From assembly GCA_963834265.1 (NCBI GenBank), contig CAWIAU010000001.1, positions 588,346 through 652,345 on the forward strand: a stretch of DNA of 64,000 nucleotides, given 5' to 3'. Below the pieces are notes generated by a model that worked only from the letters and a program-made list of their open reading frames with translations, ran no database searches and was not told where the DNA came from. The translations under genes and the position numbers were made by a program. Each line of letters starts with the position of its first letter. The stretch's first letter is position 1. The DNA is from an uncultured bacterium. Lineage in GTDB: Bacteria; Patescibacteriota; Saccharimonadia; Saccharimonadales; 2-12-FULL-41-12. This document shows positions 48,914-58,194 of the stretch, in pieces.

Positions 48914-50263
48914 TTATTCAGATGCCGCCTTTATAGCCTGGTAAGTAGCGGGAGCATGAGGCCAGGCAATATAGTACCTTGTGAGCTGATAACTGCATGC
49001 CACCAAAACTAAGATAACCACAGCAGAAATACCTACACCCCTGGCAAATGGATTGCGCGGAAAAATAGTAAACCATTGCTGTAGTAACAGAGCTAAACCA
49101 TTTCCGGCAAATATATAAACCAACGGTAACAGCAAACTGAGACTTACCGGGCCGCCAAGACTTATAAGAACTATCGACACAAGACTAAGCATACCAAGTA
49201 CCCGCCAACGTAGCGGATATAAACCACTTCGGAAAGAGTATATACCTATTACTGTCAGAGCAATTGTGATTGCATCTAACACGGGTGTGCCGCTCAGCCA
49301 CCGCAGCGGATCATCGGGACCCGTAACAAATAACTGCTTTGGTATTTCGTATAAGTTGCGTAACACTGCTTGTGCATTCAGACCTTGTTCAGGCAGACCA
49401 ACCCATGTCGTAAGAAGCCAAGGGGATTTCCAAAATGAATATGACAAAGGTAAGAGCGGAATAATAAGCGCCAGTAAAGATGTAAAACGTAACGAATTTG
49501 ATAAATATTTGAAGGTTTTATGGATTTTTTTATAATTGAGCAGCAGGAAAAATGTTACTAATACCCATGCTCCCGGCAAATAAAGAAGCATAGTCAATGC
49601 AAAAATTGTCAGAGGCCACAAATGGTCATAGCGCTTTTTTTTGAGTAATATCGTGCCTACAAGTATGGTAGGTATAACAGTCAGGTACATAACTTCCGGT
49701 TCAGCCCATCTGGCCTGATGCAGAAATAAGCCGGATGTACCTAACATAAGTATGCTCAACAACGCTACCCGACGTGTATACCATATGCTGAGTAACCAAT
49801 ACATAAGGACTAACGAAATAACGGCAAATATGACGGATACCAGCCGCAAATATGTTCCTGATCCATTGGATGTGTACAAAAGTGCTGCCTGAATAGCACG
49901 TTCCGGCAGGAAAAAAGGATATTCTATCAGGTTTTCTTTGACAGATATATTAAGCGTGTATGGCTGTTCGGCTTGCGTTGTAGCTGGTATCAGGCTGCCG
50001 AGCTTCGGCAATAATATAAGGCTTGCCGCAACCACTACGAATAGCAGGCTTAGAATAAAACGCCATTTATCTGCCATAAAATTTCGCGATAAGGATGGTT
50101 TGAGAGGTCTGACAGATGGTCCGGGCTCTTTCAATACTTCCTGTTGTGCTACAGGACTGACGCGACTGACCGGATTAATGGCTTTGTTCAACGTGCCGGA
50201 TTGATTCGATACGGATGAACCGCCGACAGGGTGTTTTAGATTATCCACAATATTTTTTATCAA
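48914..50263 (-). CDS. Polytopic membrane protein (possibly a GT-C / ArnT-PMT-like glycosyltransferase)
   Basis: 449 aa with about 11 hydrophobic helices after a soluble N-terminal 70 aa. The start codon is uncertain (TTG listed). Confidence 0.6.
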   Translation of the reverse strand: MIKNIVDNLKHPVGGSSVSNQSGTLNKAINPVSRVSPVAQQEVLKEPGPSVRPLKPSLSRNFMADKWRFILSLLFVVVAASLILLPKLGSLIPATTQAEQPYTLNISVKENLIEYPFFLPERAIQAALLYTSNGSGTYLRLVSVIFAVISLVLMYWLLSIWYTRRVALLSILMLGTSGLFLHQARWAEPEVMYLTVIPTILVGTILLKKKRYDHLWPLTIFALTMLLYLPGAWVLVTFFLLLNYKKIHKTFKYLSNSLRFTSLLALIIPLLPLSYSFWKSPWLLTTWVGLPEQGLNAQAVLRNLYEIPKQLFVTGPDDPLRWLSGTPVLDAITIALTVIGIYSFRSGLYPLRWRVLGMLSLVSIVLISLGGPVSLSLLLPLVYIFAGNGLALLLQQWFTIFPRNPFARGVGISAVVILVLVACSYQLTRYYIAWPHAPATYQAIKAASE

Positions 50264-50361
50264 TTCCCATTTAATAATTTACTATAAATACTAATACAAT
50301 AACTTCCTCACACTATCACTTAACAATTTTATCAGTTTATAAGTTATAAAGTTAGATGGAT

Positions 50362-51720
50362 TTAGTTATCAAATGGCGAACTGTGTTTGGACTCAAGGCT
50401 TCGAAATCGCTGCTTTTCCCGGTCAAAGTACAGCTCAACATTGTCAATTGGGCCATTGCGATGTTTTTTGATTAGTACATCGGCGATATTACGTCGCTCT
50501 GTATCCGGATTATAATAGTCTTCCCTGTAAAGGAAGGCTACAATATCGGCATCCTGCTCGATAGATCCGGACTCACGAAGGTCCGCCAGTTGTGGTATCT
50601 GCGGATGCCTGCTTTCGACTGAACGACTAAGCTGACTGAGGGCGATTAATGGTACGTTCAGCTCGCGGGCTATAATTTTGAGTCCCCGTGATATTTCTGA
50701 TATTTCCTGCACACGGTTACCGCCATCGCCGCTAAAGCGCGTACCACCGCTCATTAACTGCAAATAATCTACGATGATAAGGCCCAAAGGCCGAGTATGA
50801 GCTTCCCGGCGGGCTTTAGTACGTAGATCACTCACTGTAATGCCAGGGCTATCATCAATAAATATAGGCGCCTCGCTAAGAGTACCCATAGCCTGGCCGA
50901 TTTTCTCAAAATCCGAATCGGTCAGATTGCCCGTACGCAGGTTCCAGGCGTTAACACCCGCTTCTGCGGCCAGCAGACGATCTACAAGCTGTTCTTTGCT
51001 CATTTCCAGACTGAATATCAATACCGGTTCTCCTGATTGCACCGCTACATTGTGCGCGAGGTTCAGCGCAAATGCTGTCTTACCCATAGATGGGCGCGAA
51101 GCAAGAACAAACAAATCACTGCGCTGCAGTCCGGCAAGCACATTATCCAGGTCCTTATAGCCGGTTGGAATTCCACGGATAGTCCCTTTGTCCTTGTGCA
51201 ATTCATCAAGTCGCTCAAAACTTTCACCAAGTATTTGCTCCAGACTTACAATGTCCTGCTTCACATTCTTCTGGCTAACGGAGAATAACCGGGTTTCAGC
51301 TTCTTCGAGCAATGATTGCAAACTTTCATCTTCGTTATAACTCAAACCGACGATGTCCTGACTGGCTTTTATCAGACGGCGTCGTAAGGCCTTATTTGAT
51401 ACTATTTGAGCATAACTTTCTACATTGGCTGCCGTAGGTACAAAGTTGGTAAGCTCGCTCAGATACGATCCACCACCCACAATGTCCAGTAAGCCATTAT
51501 TCCTGAGTTCATCGGATAGTGTCAGAACATCAATAGGGCTGTGCGTATCGTAAAGATGTTTGGCCGCACCATATATGTGACGATGTCTTTCTTCATAAAA
51601 ATCATCAGAGTTCACAATATCAGCTATTTTGACAATCGCATCGCCATCGATCAGAATTGCGCCTAATAAGCTGGCTTCAGCTTCCGGGTTTTGTGGTGGT
51701 ATTCTGGCAGCATCAGTCAC
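50362..51720 (-). CDS. dnaB: Replicative DNA helicase
   Basis: PQNPEAEASLLGAIL and Walker A ASRPSMGKTAF. The GTG at 51720 lies 6 nt after GGGAGG. The listed TTG at 51726 abuts the SD. Confidence 0.95.
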   Translation of the reverse strand: MTDAARIPPQNPEAEASLLGAILIDGDAIVKIADIVNSDDFYEERHRHIYGAAKHLYDTHSPIDVLTLSDELRNNGLLDIVGGGSYLSELTNFVPTAANVESYAQIVSNKALRRRLIKASQDIVGLSYNEDESLQSLLEEAETRLFSVSQKNVKQDIVSLEQILGESFERLDELHKDKGTIRGIPTGYKDLDNVLAGLQRSDLFVLASRPSMGKTAFALNLAHNVAVQSGEPVLIFSLEMSKEQLVDRLLAAEAGVNAWNLRTGNLTDSDFEKIGQAMGTLSEAPIFIDDSPGITVSDLRTKARREAHTRPLGLIIVDYLQLMSGGTRFSGDGGNRVQEISEISRGLKIIARELNVPLIALSQLSRSVESRHPQIPQLADLRESGSIEQDADIVAFLYREDYYNPDTERRNIADVLIKKHRNGPIDNVELYFDREKQRFRSLESKHSSPFDN

Positions 51721-51849
51721 TAACAACCTCCCTTTTGACGACTAAATTCAAAAACCCGGGATCAAAATTCAGAAAATTACCACAATACTGACTGCCGGTG
51801 AATGAAGTTTGAAATTTGAAGTTTAAAGTTTGCCCTGACGCAGTCATGG

Positions 51850-53343
51850 TTACGATTCTAGCACTTCGCCGCCACCAAAAATATTGGTTATGCTTGAAAA
51901 TGAAGGATCTGCAGGAGTAGTTTTTTTGATCTGTGATTTATCAGGATTTGGGTTTTTTTCTGCCAATTTAACATCAAGCTCTGTTATGTACTGATAATTA
52001 CTTCTGACGATATCACTAATTATGGTTTTGTTTTTAGGGTCACTAATTTTTTTGTGGTGGAAGGCAAACCTAAAAGTCAGAATAAGTTTGTTATCTGTAA
52101 ATTCGGTTGTAGCCATCCGGGCAATACTATACAAAGTATTGTTTTTGGATTTGAGAGCAGCCAGTATTGTCATCCAGGTTTCTTCAGATTGTGAATCGGT
52201 GTCTGGTAACTGACTGGATTTTGCGACCGGTTGTTTATTGCTGACGGGCATAATAAGTCTTGTCCCGTGGTTCTTTTCTTCATTAGTTACTACTTCCATT
52301 GTAGGTGTTGAGTCAGTAATGACTTCTTTCTTAGCTTTTTCATTTCTTGTTACCATGTTTTGTACGCTGTTCCCTACTGGCTGTTGATCAAGTAAAGTAT
52401 CGAGTAACGTAAGCTCCAGCAGAGCTTTTGCCTGAGATGAAGACTGAATTTCGAGCAGTTCTTTTAACAAGGATAATGTAGAATTGTGATCAAGGCTGAG
52501 ACCATCATTTAACAGATTCGTTCTGAGCACTGATGATAATTGTTTAGCAATTTCGTTTGGTTCGGCTCCGTAATTATAAAGATTTGCTAATACATCAGTC
52601 ATTTGGCCGGCATTTCCGGAAGTTATACTTTCCAGCAATAAAATTATCTGACTTTCCGGAGCCACACCAAGCATGCGTTGCACTTCCTCCAGACGAATAT
52701 GTTTTCCGGCCCCGCGAATCTGGTCAAGCCGGGATATGCTATCACGGAAACTACCGTCACCGTGGTGCGCAATAAGCTCCAGTGCATCGTGATCTACCTT
52801 CAGATTTTCCTTGTCGGCAATATCACGCAAGTGTGCCAGCGCAGTAGCAGATTCAATTGACTTAAAATTAAATCGCAGACAACGACTGACAATTGTATCG
52901 GGCAATTTGTGGAACTCAGTAGTTGCCAGTATGAAGATTACGTGAGCAGGCGGTTCTTCCAGAGTTTTCAGTAGCGCATTAAATGCTTCCCGTGTAAGCA
53001 TATGTACTTCGTCAATGATGTAAACTTTATACTTAGCAGCTGTTGGTGCTACCATAACCCGTTCACGTAGCTCGCGTATTTCATCTATGCGCCGGTTGGA
53101 AGCAGCATCAATCTCAATAATATCTATATGTTCTCCGCTGAGAGAATATTCAAGTTTATTCACCGCGTGTGCCAGAATACGTGCAACACTTGTTTTGCCT
53201 ACCCCCCGAGGACCCGTCAGCAGATAAGCATGGCTTATGTGACCACTTTTTAAAGCATTTTTGAGCGTCGTAGTAATATGATCCTGTCCCAGTACCTCAT
53301 CAAATGACGTCGAACGGTATGTACGATATAGTGCTTTACCCAT
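51850..53343 (-). CDS. dnaX: DNA polymerase III subunit gamma/tau
   Basis: MGKALYRTYRSTSFDEVLGQ, GPRGVGKTS and IIDEVHML. The ATG at 53343 matches the canonical N-terminus. Confidence 0.93.
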   Translation of the reverse strand: MGKALYRTYRSTSFDEVLGQDHITTTLKNALKSGHISHAYLLTGPRGVGKTSVARILAHAVNKLEYSLSGEHIDIIEIDAASNRRIDEIRELRERVMVAPTAAKYKVYIIDEVHMLTREAFNALLKTLEEPPAHVIFILATTEFHKLPDTIVSRCLRFNFKSIESATALAHLRDIADKENLKVDHDALELIAHHGDGSFRDSISRLDQIRGAGKHIRLEEVQRMLGVAPESQIILLLESITSGNAGQMTDVLANLYNYGAEPNEIAKQLSSVLRTNLLNDGLSLDHNSTLSLLKELLEIQSSSQAKALLELTLLDTLLDQQPVGNSVQNMVTRNEKAKKEVITDSTPTMEVVTNEEKNHGTRLIMPVSNKQPVAKSSQLPDTDSQSEETWMTILAALKSKNNTLYSIARMATTEFTDNKLILTFRFAFHHKKISDPKNKTIISDIVRSNYQYITELDVKLAEKNPNPDKSQIKKTTPADPSFSSITNIFGGGEVLES

Positions 53344-53477
53344 AGTATATTCAGTATAAAGCTCAAGCCTCAAACACCAAAGTTCAAATAAACATCAATA
53401 TTTCAAAAATCAAAAAAATGAATAAATCCGGTTGATGTTTTACTTCTCTGAATTTTGTATTTGAACTTTATTGTGTA

Positions 53478-53987
53478 CTAAAGGGCGGCTTCGAGAGCTG
53501 CCCATTCAGCTTCAGGATCATCCTGAGGGATATTGACGCTTACCTGATCGCCTGGCTTAGCCTTGAAGTATGTAACACTGGCCAACAGTACGCGATATTG
53601 GTGGTCGCCTACTTTTACAAAGTAATGTCCCTCCTGAAGCTCCAGAGCTCCTACAACTTGCTTACGGGCAATCGGACCGATCTGTTTATAAAGGAATGTC
53701 CCGTCTTCGGCAATTGTTAACTTCAGAATATCACCCTGAACCAGCTTAGACTTACTGGCATAGTTTGCGGGCACCGGATATGTCTTTGCATCACTGCCAA
53801 TCATATTCTGACCGTCAAAGACACCCTCAATCACCTTGCCGATATTGTCATCGACAGACACGCTGGCTATTTCTTTATCATCGCCAAGCAAACTGAACAT
53901 CAGCTCTTTTGCTGCTGCCAGGCTTGTTTCTGCTTCTGTTATAAGAGAACGCAGTCTTTTTATTTGCTTGTCTGGTACATCTGCCAT
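53478..53987 (-). CDS. Hypothetical protein (169 aa)
   Basis: An ORF co-directional with rplL and dnaX. I recognise no family. Confidence 0.6.
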   Translation of the reverse strand: MADVPDKQIKRLRSLITEAETSLAAAKELMFSLLGDDKEIASVSVDDNIGKVIEGVFDGQNMIGSDAKTYPVPANYASKSKLVQGDILKLTIAEDGTFLYKQIGPIARKQVVGALELQEGHYFVKVGDHQYRVLLASVTYFKAKPGDQVSVNIPQDDPEAEWAALEAAL

Positions 53988-54103
53988 ATTTTTATATTCT
54001 CCGAACGCCTCAGTCTCACTTTTTGTTGGGTAGACCTAAGCCGTAAATTATCACGAACAACCGCAATAGTCAAAACTATATTTGGATAAACTGTGGATAA
54101 TTT

Positions 54104-54140
54104 AGAAAAAAGTATCAGAAGCTGTCACTCACTCCTGATA
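54104..54140 (-). terminator. Candidate intrinsic terminator after rplL
   Basis: On the minus strand, UAUCAG-16 nt-CUGAUA is followed by CUUUUUUC. Confidence 0.45.
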
Positions 54141-54156
54141 TTTTCGGTATAACTTA

Positions 54157-54534
54157 CTAGCTGAGTTCAACGGTTGCGCCGGCTTCTTCCAATGTCTTTT
54201 TGGCAGCTTCAGCTTCTTCTTTAGAGGCTTTTTCCCTGATAGTGCCCGGAGCGCCATCAACCAGTGCTTTTGCTTCACCAAGCCCCAGACCTGTGATGTC
54301 TTTGACTGCCTTGATGACGGCAACTTTTTGCGCGCCGGCGTCTTTGAGCACAACATCATATTCGCTCTTTGCTTCTTCTTCAGGACCAGAGTCTCCGGCT
54401 GCAGGACCAGCAGCAACTGCTACGGCTGCTGCAGGCTCGATGCCATGTTCGTCTTTCAGAATATTCTTAAGTTCATTTACTTCCAGCACGCTTAAGGCCA
54501 CTAACTGGTCTGCGAGTTTCTTTAAATCTGCCAT
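54157..54534 (-). CDS. rplL: 50S ribosomal protein L7/L12
   Basis: An Ala/Pro hinge followed by [22 protein letters not shown]. Confidence 0.95.
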   Translation of the reverse strand: MADLKKLADQLVALSVLEVNELKNILKDEHGIEPAAAVAVAAGPAAGDSGPEEEAKSEYDVVLKDAGAQKVAVIKAVKDITGLGLGEAKALVDGAPGTIREKASKEEAEAAKKTLEEAGATVELS

Positions 54535-54578
54535 TTCATTTTCTCCTTAGTTAAAATCAGTTACTTAAAATATAAAAC

Positions 54579-55106
54579 TTATGCCGGTTTGGCATTCGCC
54601 TCAATTCCGGACATAATACCGCCCAATCCTCCTGAAAGCCCGCTCATCACATCGTTCAACGGTGAGTTAAGCGTATTAATCAGGCTGGCGATTAATACAT
54701 TCTTGCCCGGCAGGCTTGCCAGTGCTTTAACCTCATCAGAGCCAATAAACCGGCCATCGGATGTAAATGCTCCCACAAATTGCAAGCTGGGGGTAGTTTT
54801 TGCAAAAGCTGCCAGTGCATGGGCAGGAGCAACTTCATCAACACTATTGAACGCGTATAGAAGCTGATCTGTCAGAGCGCTTGAATCTGCGCTTTTGTAC
54901 TGTTCGCTGCCGCTCAGAGCTTTAATAACCAGACGATTTTTGATAACTTTGACAACTGTCTGGTTATCCTTTGCCTGTCCACGCAGTGTCTGCAGTTGTT
55001 TTACGGTTATACCACGGTAACTAGCTACTACAGTCATCTTAGAAGCTCCCAGTAATTTGGTTACTTCTTCAATTACATCTTCTTTATTCTTTTTGCTTAG
55101 AGCCAT
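54579..55106 (-). CDS. rplJ: 50S ribosomal protein L10
   Basis: MALSKKNKEDVIEEVTKLL ... YRGITVKQLQTLR. GAGG lies just upstream of the tandem ATGs at 55109 and 55106. Confidence 0.93.
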   Translation of the reverse strand: MALSKKNKEDVIEEVTKLLGASKMTVVASYRGITVKQLQTLRGQAKDNQTVVKVIKNRLVIKALSGSEQYKSADSSALTDQLLYAFNSVDEVAPAHALAAFAKTTPSLQFVGAFTSDGRFIGSDEVKALASLPGKNVLIASLINTLNSPLNDVMSGLSGGLGGIMSGIEANAKPA

Positions 55107-55335
55107 CATCACCTCTTTCAGAGGAAATTCCAAAGTTTGAACGTCAAAGTTCAAAGCTCCGGAATCATTATTATTTGTTTAAAGCATACAGTCGACCACT
55201 GCAAGCCATTCGTTACCACTAAAAAAGCCTTTGGCTTCCCAAAGACTAAGATTGCATTTCAGAATTAACTTCTTATTGCTTCCTCGGCGACATTATCAGG
55301 GCTTTCGCTCGTCGCTGTCTTCGGTAACTTACTCC
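55107..55335 (-). promoter_or_regulatory. Long structured 5' leader of rplJ-rplL (candidate L10-type autoregulatory leader)
   Basis: About 225 nt lie between the promoter and the start codon. This stretch contains GGGAAGCC-AAA-GGCUUUUUU (55221-55240), which looks like an attenuator, and a UUUGAAC-UUUGAC-GUUCAAA hairpin just before the SD. Confidence 0.45.
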
Positions 55336-55365
55336 ACTATACACCTTAAATATCGATAAGGTCAA
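55336..55365 (-). promoter_or_regulatory. Promoter for rplJL (TTGACC-18-TATAGT)
   Basis: On the minus strand, the -35 lies at 55360-55365 and the -10 at 55336-55341. Confidence 0.55.
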
Positions 55366-55371
55366 GAAATA

Positions 55372-55400
55372 TTGACATTACGTAGTAATAAAAGTATATT
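55372..55400 (+). promoter_or_regulatory. Divergent promoter (TTGACA-17-TATATT) for the 134-aa ORF
   Basis: TTGACA at 55372-55377 and TATATT at 55395-55400. Confidence 0.55.
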
Positions 55401-55468
55401 ATAAATTAAATTGTATACATAAAGACTCAATCATTTGTCTCGGAAGTATTTAATGAGGAAGAAACATA

Positions 55469-55873
55469 ATGGCTCTTGAAAAGTGGAAAACAGGATTATC
55501 TAACGATGTTAATCAAGCTGAGTTAGATCACGCTGTTGAGTATGTTGTAGCGGCATTTAATGGTCAGGTTACAATAGACCACGAGCCAGTTGGAGGGAGT
55601 TACGCTCCGGCCATAGTTGATCCCGGACTTTTTTCAAGTAGTGCGGTTGCCCGTCTACTCAGCGAAAGGCTTATTGCACGAGGATACGGAAAGCCGGTAA
55701 TCATTAGTCCGACTCAGTTAGATAAATCAGGCTTACCCGAGGACACAACCGGAACTGTATTAGTGGCGTCAGATGAGGCTATATCGGTAGATAGACACGA
55801 TACAGTTTTAGCTCTGTTATCGCAAGGCGGCAGGCCAACGGCAGTTATTGCTCCCCGTGAACAGGGTAATTAA
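55469..55873 (+). CDS. Hypothetical protein (134 aa), opposite strand to the surrounding core block
   Basis: It has its own promoter and a GAGGAAG SD. I recognise no family. Confidence 0.55.
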   Translation: MALEKWKTGLSNDVNQAELDHAVEYVVAAFNGQVTIDHEPVGGSYAPAIVDPGLFSSSAVARLLSERLIARGYGKPVIISPTQLDKSGLPEDTTGTVLVASDEAISVDRHDTVLALLSQGGRPTAVIAPREQGN

Positions 55874-55884
55874 TATTTAGTTTA

Positions 55885-58194
55885 TCAGCTCAACTGATTT
55901 AATTTGAACTGCGTGTAACGTTCGGCCGCAAGGCGGGATAACTCCGGATCTTCGTCTTTATTGACGAATTTCATTGCTGCGCCAATCAATGGGTGAACTT
56001 CACAAATCTTTTCGTACATCTGGTGTGCTAGCTTGCGGTAGCCAGGATGACCCTGTGGAGCAGTACGGAGCTCTATAAAGTGGAATGCCTCCCGTGCGTT
56101 CATAGTGAGCTTCCAGCGCATTTTATGACCCAGCAGGGTCGCATACTGTGCTTCCCGGGCGTAGCCCTTGTCCTGTAGCAGACTATAGAGTTTCAGACTC
56201 AGCTCGAAACACTGATCAAAATCATCGGTTAGCCCTGCATCCTCGACGAGCTTTGGTGTGTCATAACCGTAGCGCGGGGTAAGCTGCTGCCAGTTGAGGT
56301 CATCGACCATGCGATGCCGCTGCAAATCCCGGAAGATACCATAATCACAGACGAGGTCGAAGCTGTAATGAGCTTTTTCCAGTGCCCGTCCGGGTCGGTG
56401 CCTCCTGTTAAGACGTTCACCGATATATGCCTGAAAAATTTCAAGTTTCTTTGCATAAGACAGCTTTTGCATTTTTGCTGTAATCTCAGCCAGAGAAGCA
56501 TCGCTATGCTCAAACAGCATGTCGGGGATCAGATCCAGTTCATTGCCAGGCCAGATATCAGTCAGGGTCACCGCCTCAGCATCGGTGCTGTGACCACCCG
56601 TAAGATGTTTCTGGGTGAGCTTCCGGACGTTATCGGCTGTACGGGCCCTATAAGCAACTAAAGCGCCGCCTCTGTCAGGCTTGTCTGCCCGTTCCAAAAA
56701 TGCCGGTATTGTCTTACGGGCTTCTACCAGCATATCCTCGCCTGTTTTGCGCGATTCGGCCATAGGATCGCTTAGTAAATGCATTATGAGACTTTCTAAG
56801 GCCTGTCCTGAGGCAAAAATGCCCACAGTAGAGGTTACAGCCACCGGCAATACTACGCGCACCGCGTCACAGGCTTGTGCTCTGGTTGCACCCTGCCAGG
56901 CAACATCCCGTTCGGCAGCCGGTACGTTGGAATGACTTCTCACATGATCGGTCAGACTATGCACAAGGCTCGAATACAGATCATAAATCTGATTCATAAT
57001 TATTTCATAGGATTTTTTTGTTGCGTCATCCAGATTCTCAGGAGTGTAATAGCGGTATTTTCCGTTTTTGTCTTTTTTATCAAAATATATATATCGTGTA
57101 GACTGCTCCAGATATGCCGCCAGCCGACCCCATTCCAGCTTCTTGGTCAGGATGTTACTGGCGTTTTCCACCACGACATGCTGGCCGACTAATTGCTGTA
57201 CAGAGTCATCCCCGTACGCCGTGATTACTCTCTGTAACAGCTTGGAATCTTTGCCGGCAGTCAAAGCAAATTCATCTAATAACGTGACTCTCATATCATC
57301 CGCCCGACGGCTAAGACGAGCCATAGCTGCGGCAACCGTTAGCGGGGAGAGTTTTTCGTTGAAAGCATAAACATTTCCATCAACATTTGTCAGCACCTGT
57401 TCAAGATAATTGCGACCCTCAGTAGTAATGTTAGTACCATTCTTATCTTTGGTCACATATGGGTTTTTTATAAGATCCGAAGCTTTAGACTCAGGACTTT
57501 GACTTTTACCTGGCAGCAGCGGCATAACGGTCTCCCATATAATTGAATGAATTGTTTCTTTGTCCATCAGCTTTCCCCCTCGTGTGCAGTTCAGAGGTTT
57601 GAAATCTTTGGGAAATAACTGGCAGAGACTATCGTAAACTTCTACAGATTTTTTCAGATGTTGCAGATCTGCTTCATGCAGATCACGTTTTTTATCGGTA
57701 TAATCCCGGGTTTCTTTTTGATCTACAAGTTTCTGGGCTACTTCCGCAGGTACTTCCAGGACTAATGACTGAGTAGGGCGTGGAATTTTGAGCATTTCGA
57801 ATTCAATCTGGTCCAGCCAGATAAAATAGCCCCGCCGCTGCTCAACACTTTCAAATTTGGTTCCCTGATGCGCCATGTTAGAGCCTGTGTAGCGATTTGC
57901 AATGACGATCCTGCCCTCGTCCAGAGCCTTGCGTATTTGAGGAGCAGCCTCAAAACGATCCAAAGCATAAAACAGCGAAGCGGTATAAGGACCTACATCT
58001 TCTGCGGTTCCGTATTGTCCGTTCAGATATTGCTTTACAAAATAGCCTGACGGCTGGTCATACCGGGGGAAATCAAAGCTTGCAACATCATAACCCTCTT
58101 GCTTCAGTCGTTTAATGAGCATCTGAGCCTGAGTATTCTTACCGGCACCGTCAGTACCTTCGATAGCCAAAAATAGGCCGGACTCCTTATTCAT
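55885..58194 (-). CDS. Fusion protein: thymidylate kinase (N-terminal) + tandem ThyX/Thy1-like domains (C-terminal)
   Basis: The Tmk P-loop LAIEGTDGAGKNTQ and DRY-type region FYALDRFEAA fall in the first 220 aa or so. Two Thy1-like halves follow: MARLSRR ... LEQSTRYIYF, and HYSFDLVCDYGIFRDLQRHRM ... TMNAREAFHFIELRTAPQGHPGYR. Confidence 0.85.
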   Translation of the reverse strand: MNKESGLFLAIEGTDGAGKNTQAQMLIKRLKQEGYDVASFDFPRYDQPSGYFVKQYLNGQYGTAEDVGPYTASLFYALDRFEAAPQIRKALDEGRIVIANRYTGSNMAHQGTKFESVEQRRGYFIWLDQIEFEMLKIPRPTQSLVLEVPAEVAQKLVDQKETRDYTDKKRDLHEADLQHLKKSVEVYDSLCQLFPKDFKPLNCTRGGKLMDKETIHSIIWETVMPLLPGKSQSPESKASDLIKNPYVTKDKNGTNITTEGRNYLEQVLTNVDGNVYAFNEKLSPLTVAAAMARLSRRADDMRVTLLDEFALTAGKDSKLLQRVITAYGDDSVQQLVGQHVVVENASNILTKKLEWGRLAAYLEQSTRYIYFDKKDKNGKYRYYTPENLDDATKKSYEIIMNQIYDLYSSLVHSLTDHVRSHSNVPAAERDVAWQGATRAQACDAVRVVLPVAVTSTVGIFASGQALESLIMHLLSDPMAESRKTGEDMLVEARKTIPAFLERADKPDRGGALVAYRARTADNVRKLTQKHLTGGHSTDAEAVTLTDIWPGNELDLIPDMLFEHSDASLAEITAKMQKLSYAKKLEIFQAYIGERLNRRHRPGRALEKAHYSFDLVCDYGIFRDLQRHRMVDDLNWQQLTPRYGYDTPKLVEDAGLTDDFDQCFELSLKLYSLLQDKGYAREAQYATLLGHKMRWKLTMNAREAFHFIELRTAPQGHPGYRKLAHQMYEKICEVHPLIGAAMKFVNKDEDPELSRLAAERYTQFKLNQLS

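Noticed and set aside
50362-51726. Intein or insertion in dnaB.
   Set aside because: The protein is of normal length (~452 aa) and is collinear with DnaB motifs.
51900-51965. Programmed -1 frameshift site in dnaX at the A7 runs.
   Set aside because: Both A-runs are within ~35 codons of the stop codon, not at the domain III boundary. There is no downstream stem-loop, so a gamma-like product would be nearly full length.
53374-53477. SRP (4.5S/scRNA) gene, which in Bacillus subtilis lies immediately upstream of dnaX.
   Set aside because: The spacer is very AT-rich and lacks the conserved helix-8 motifs (GGAA tetraloop context, AGCAGC-type strands).
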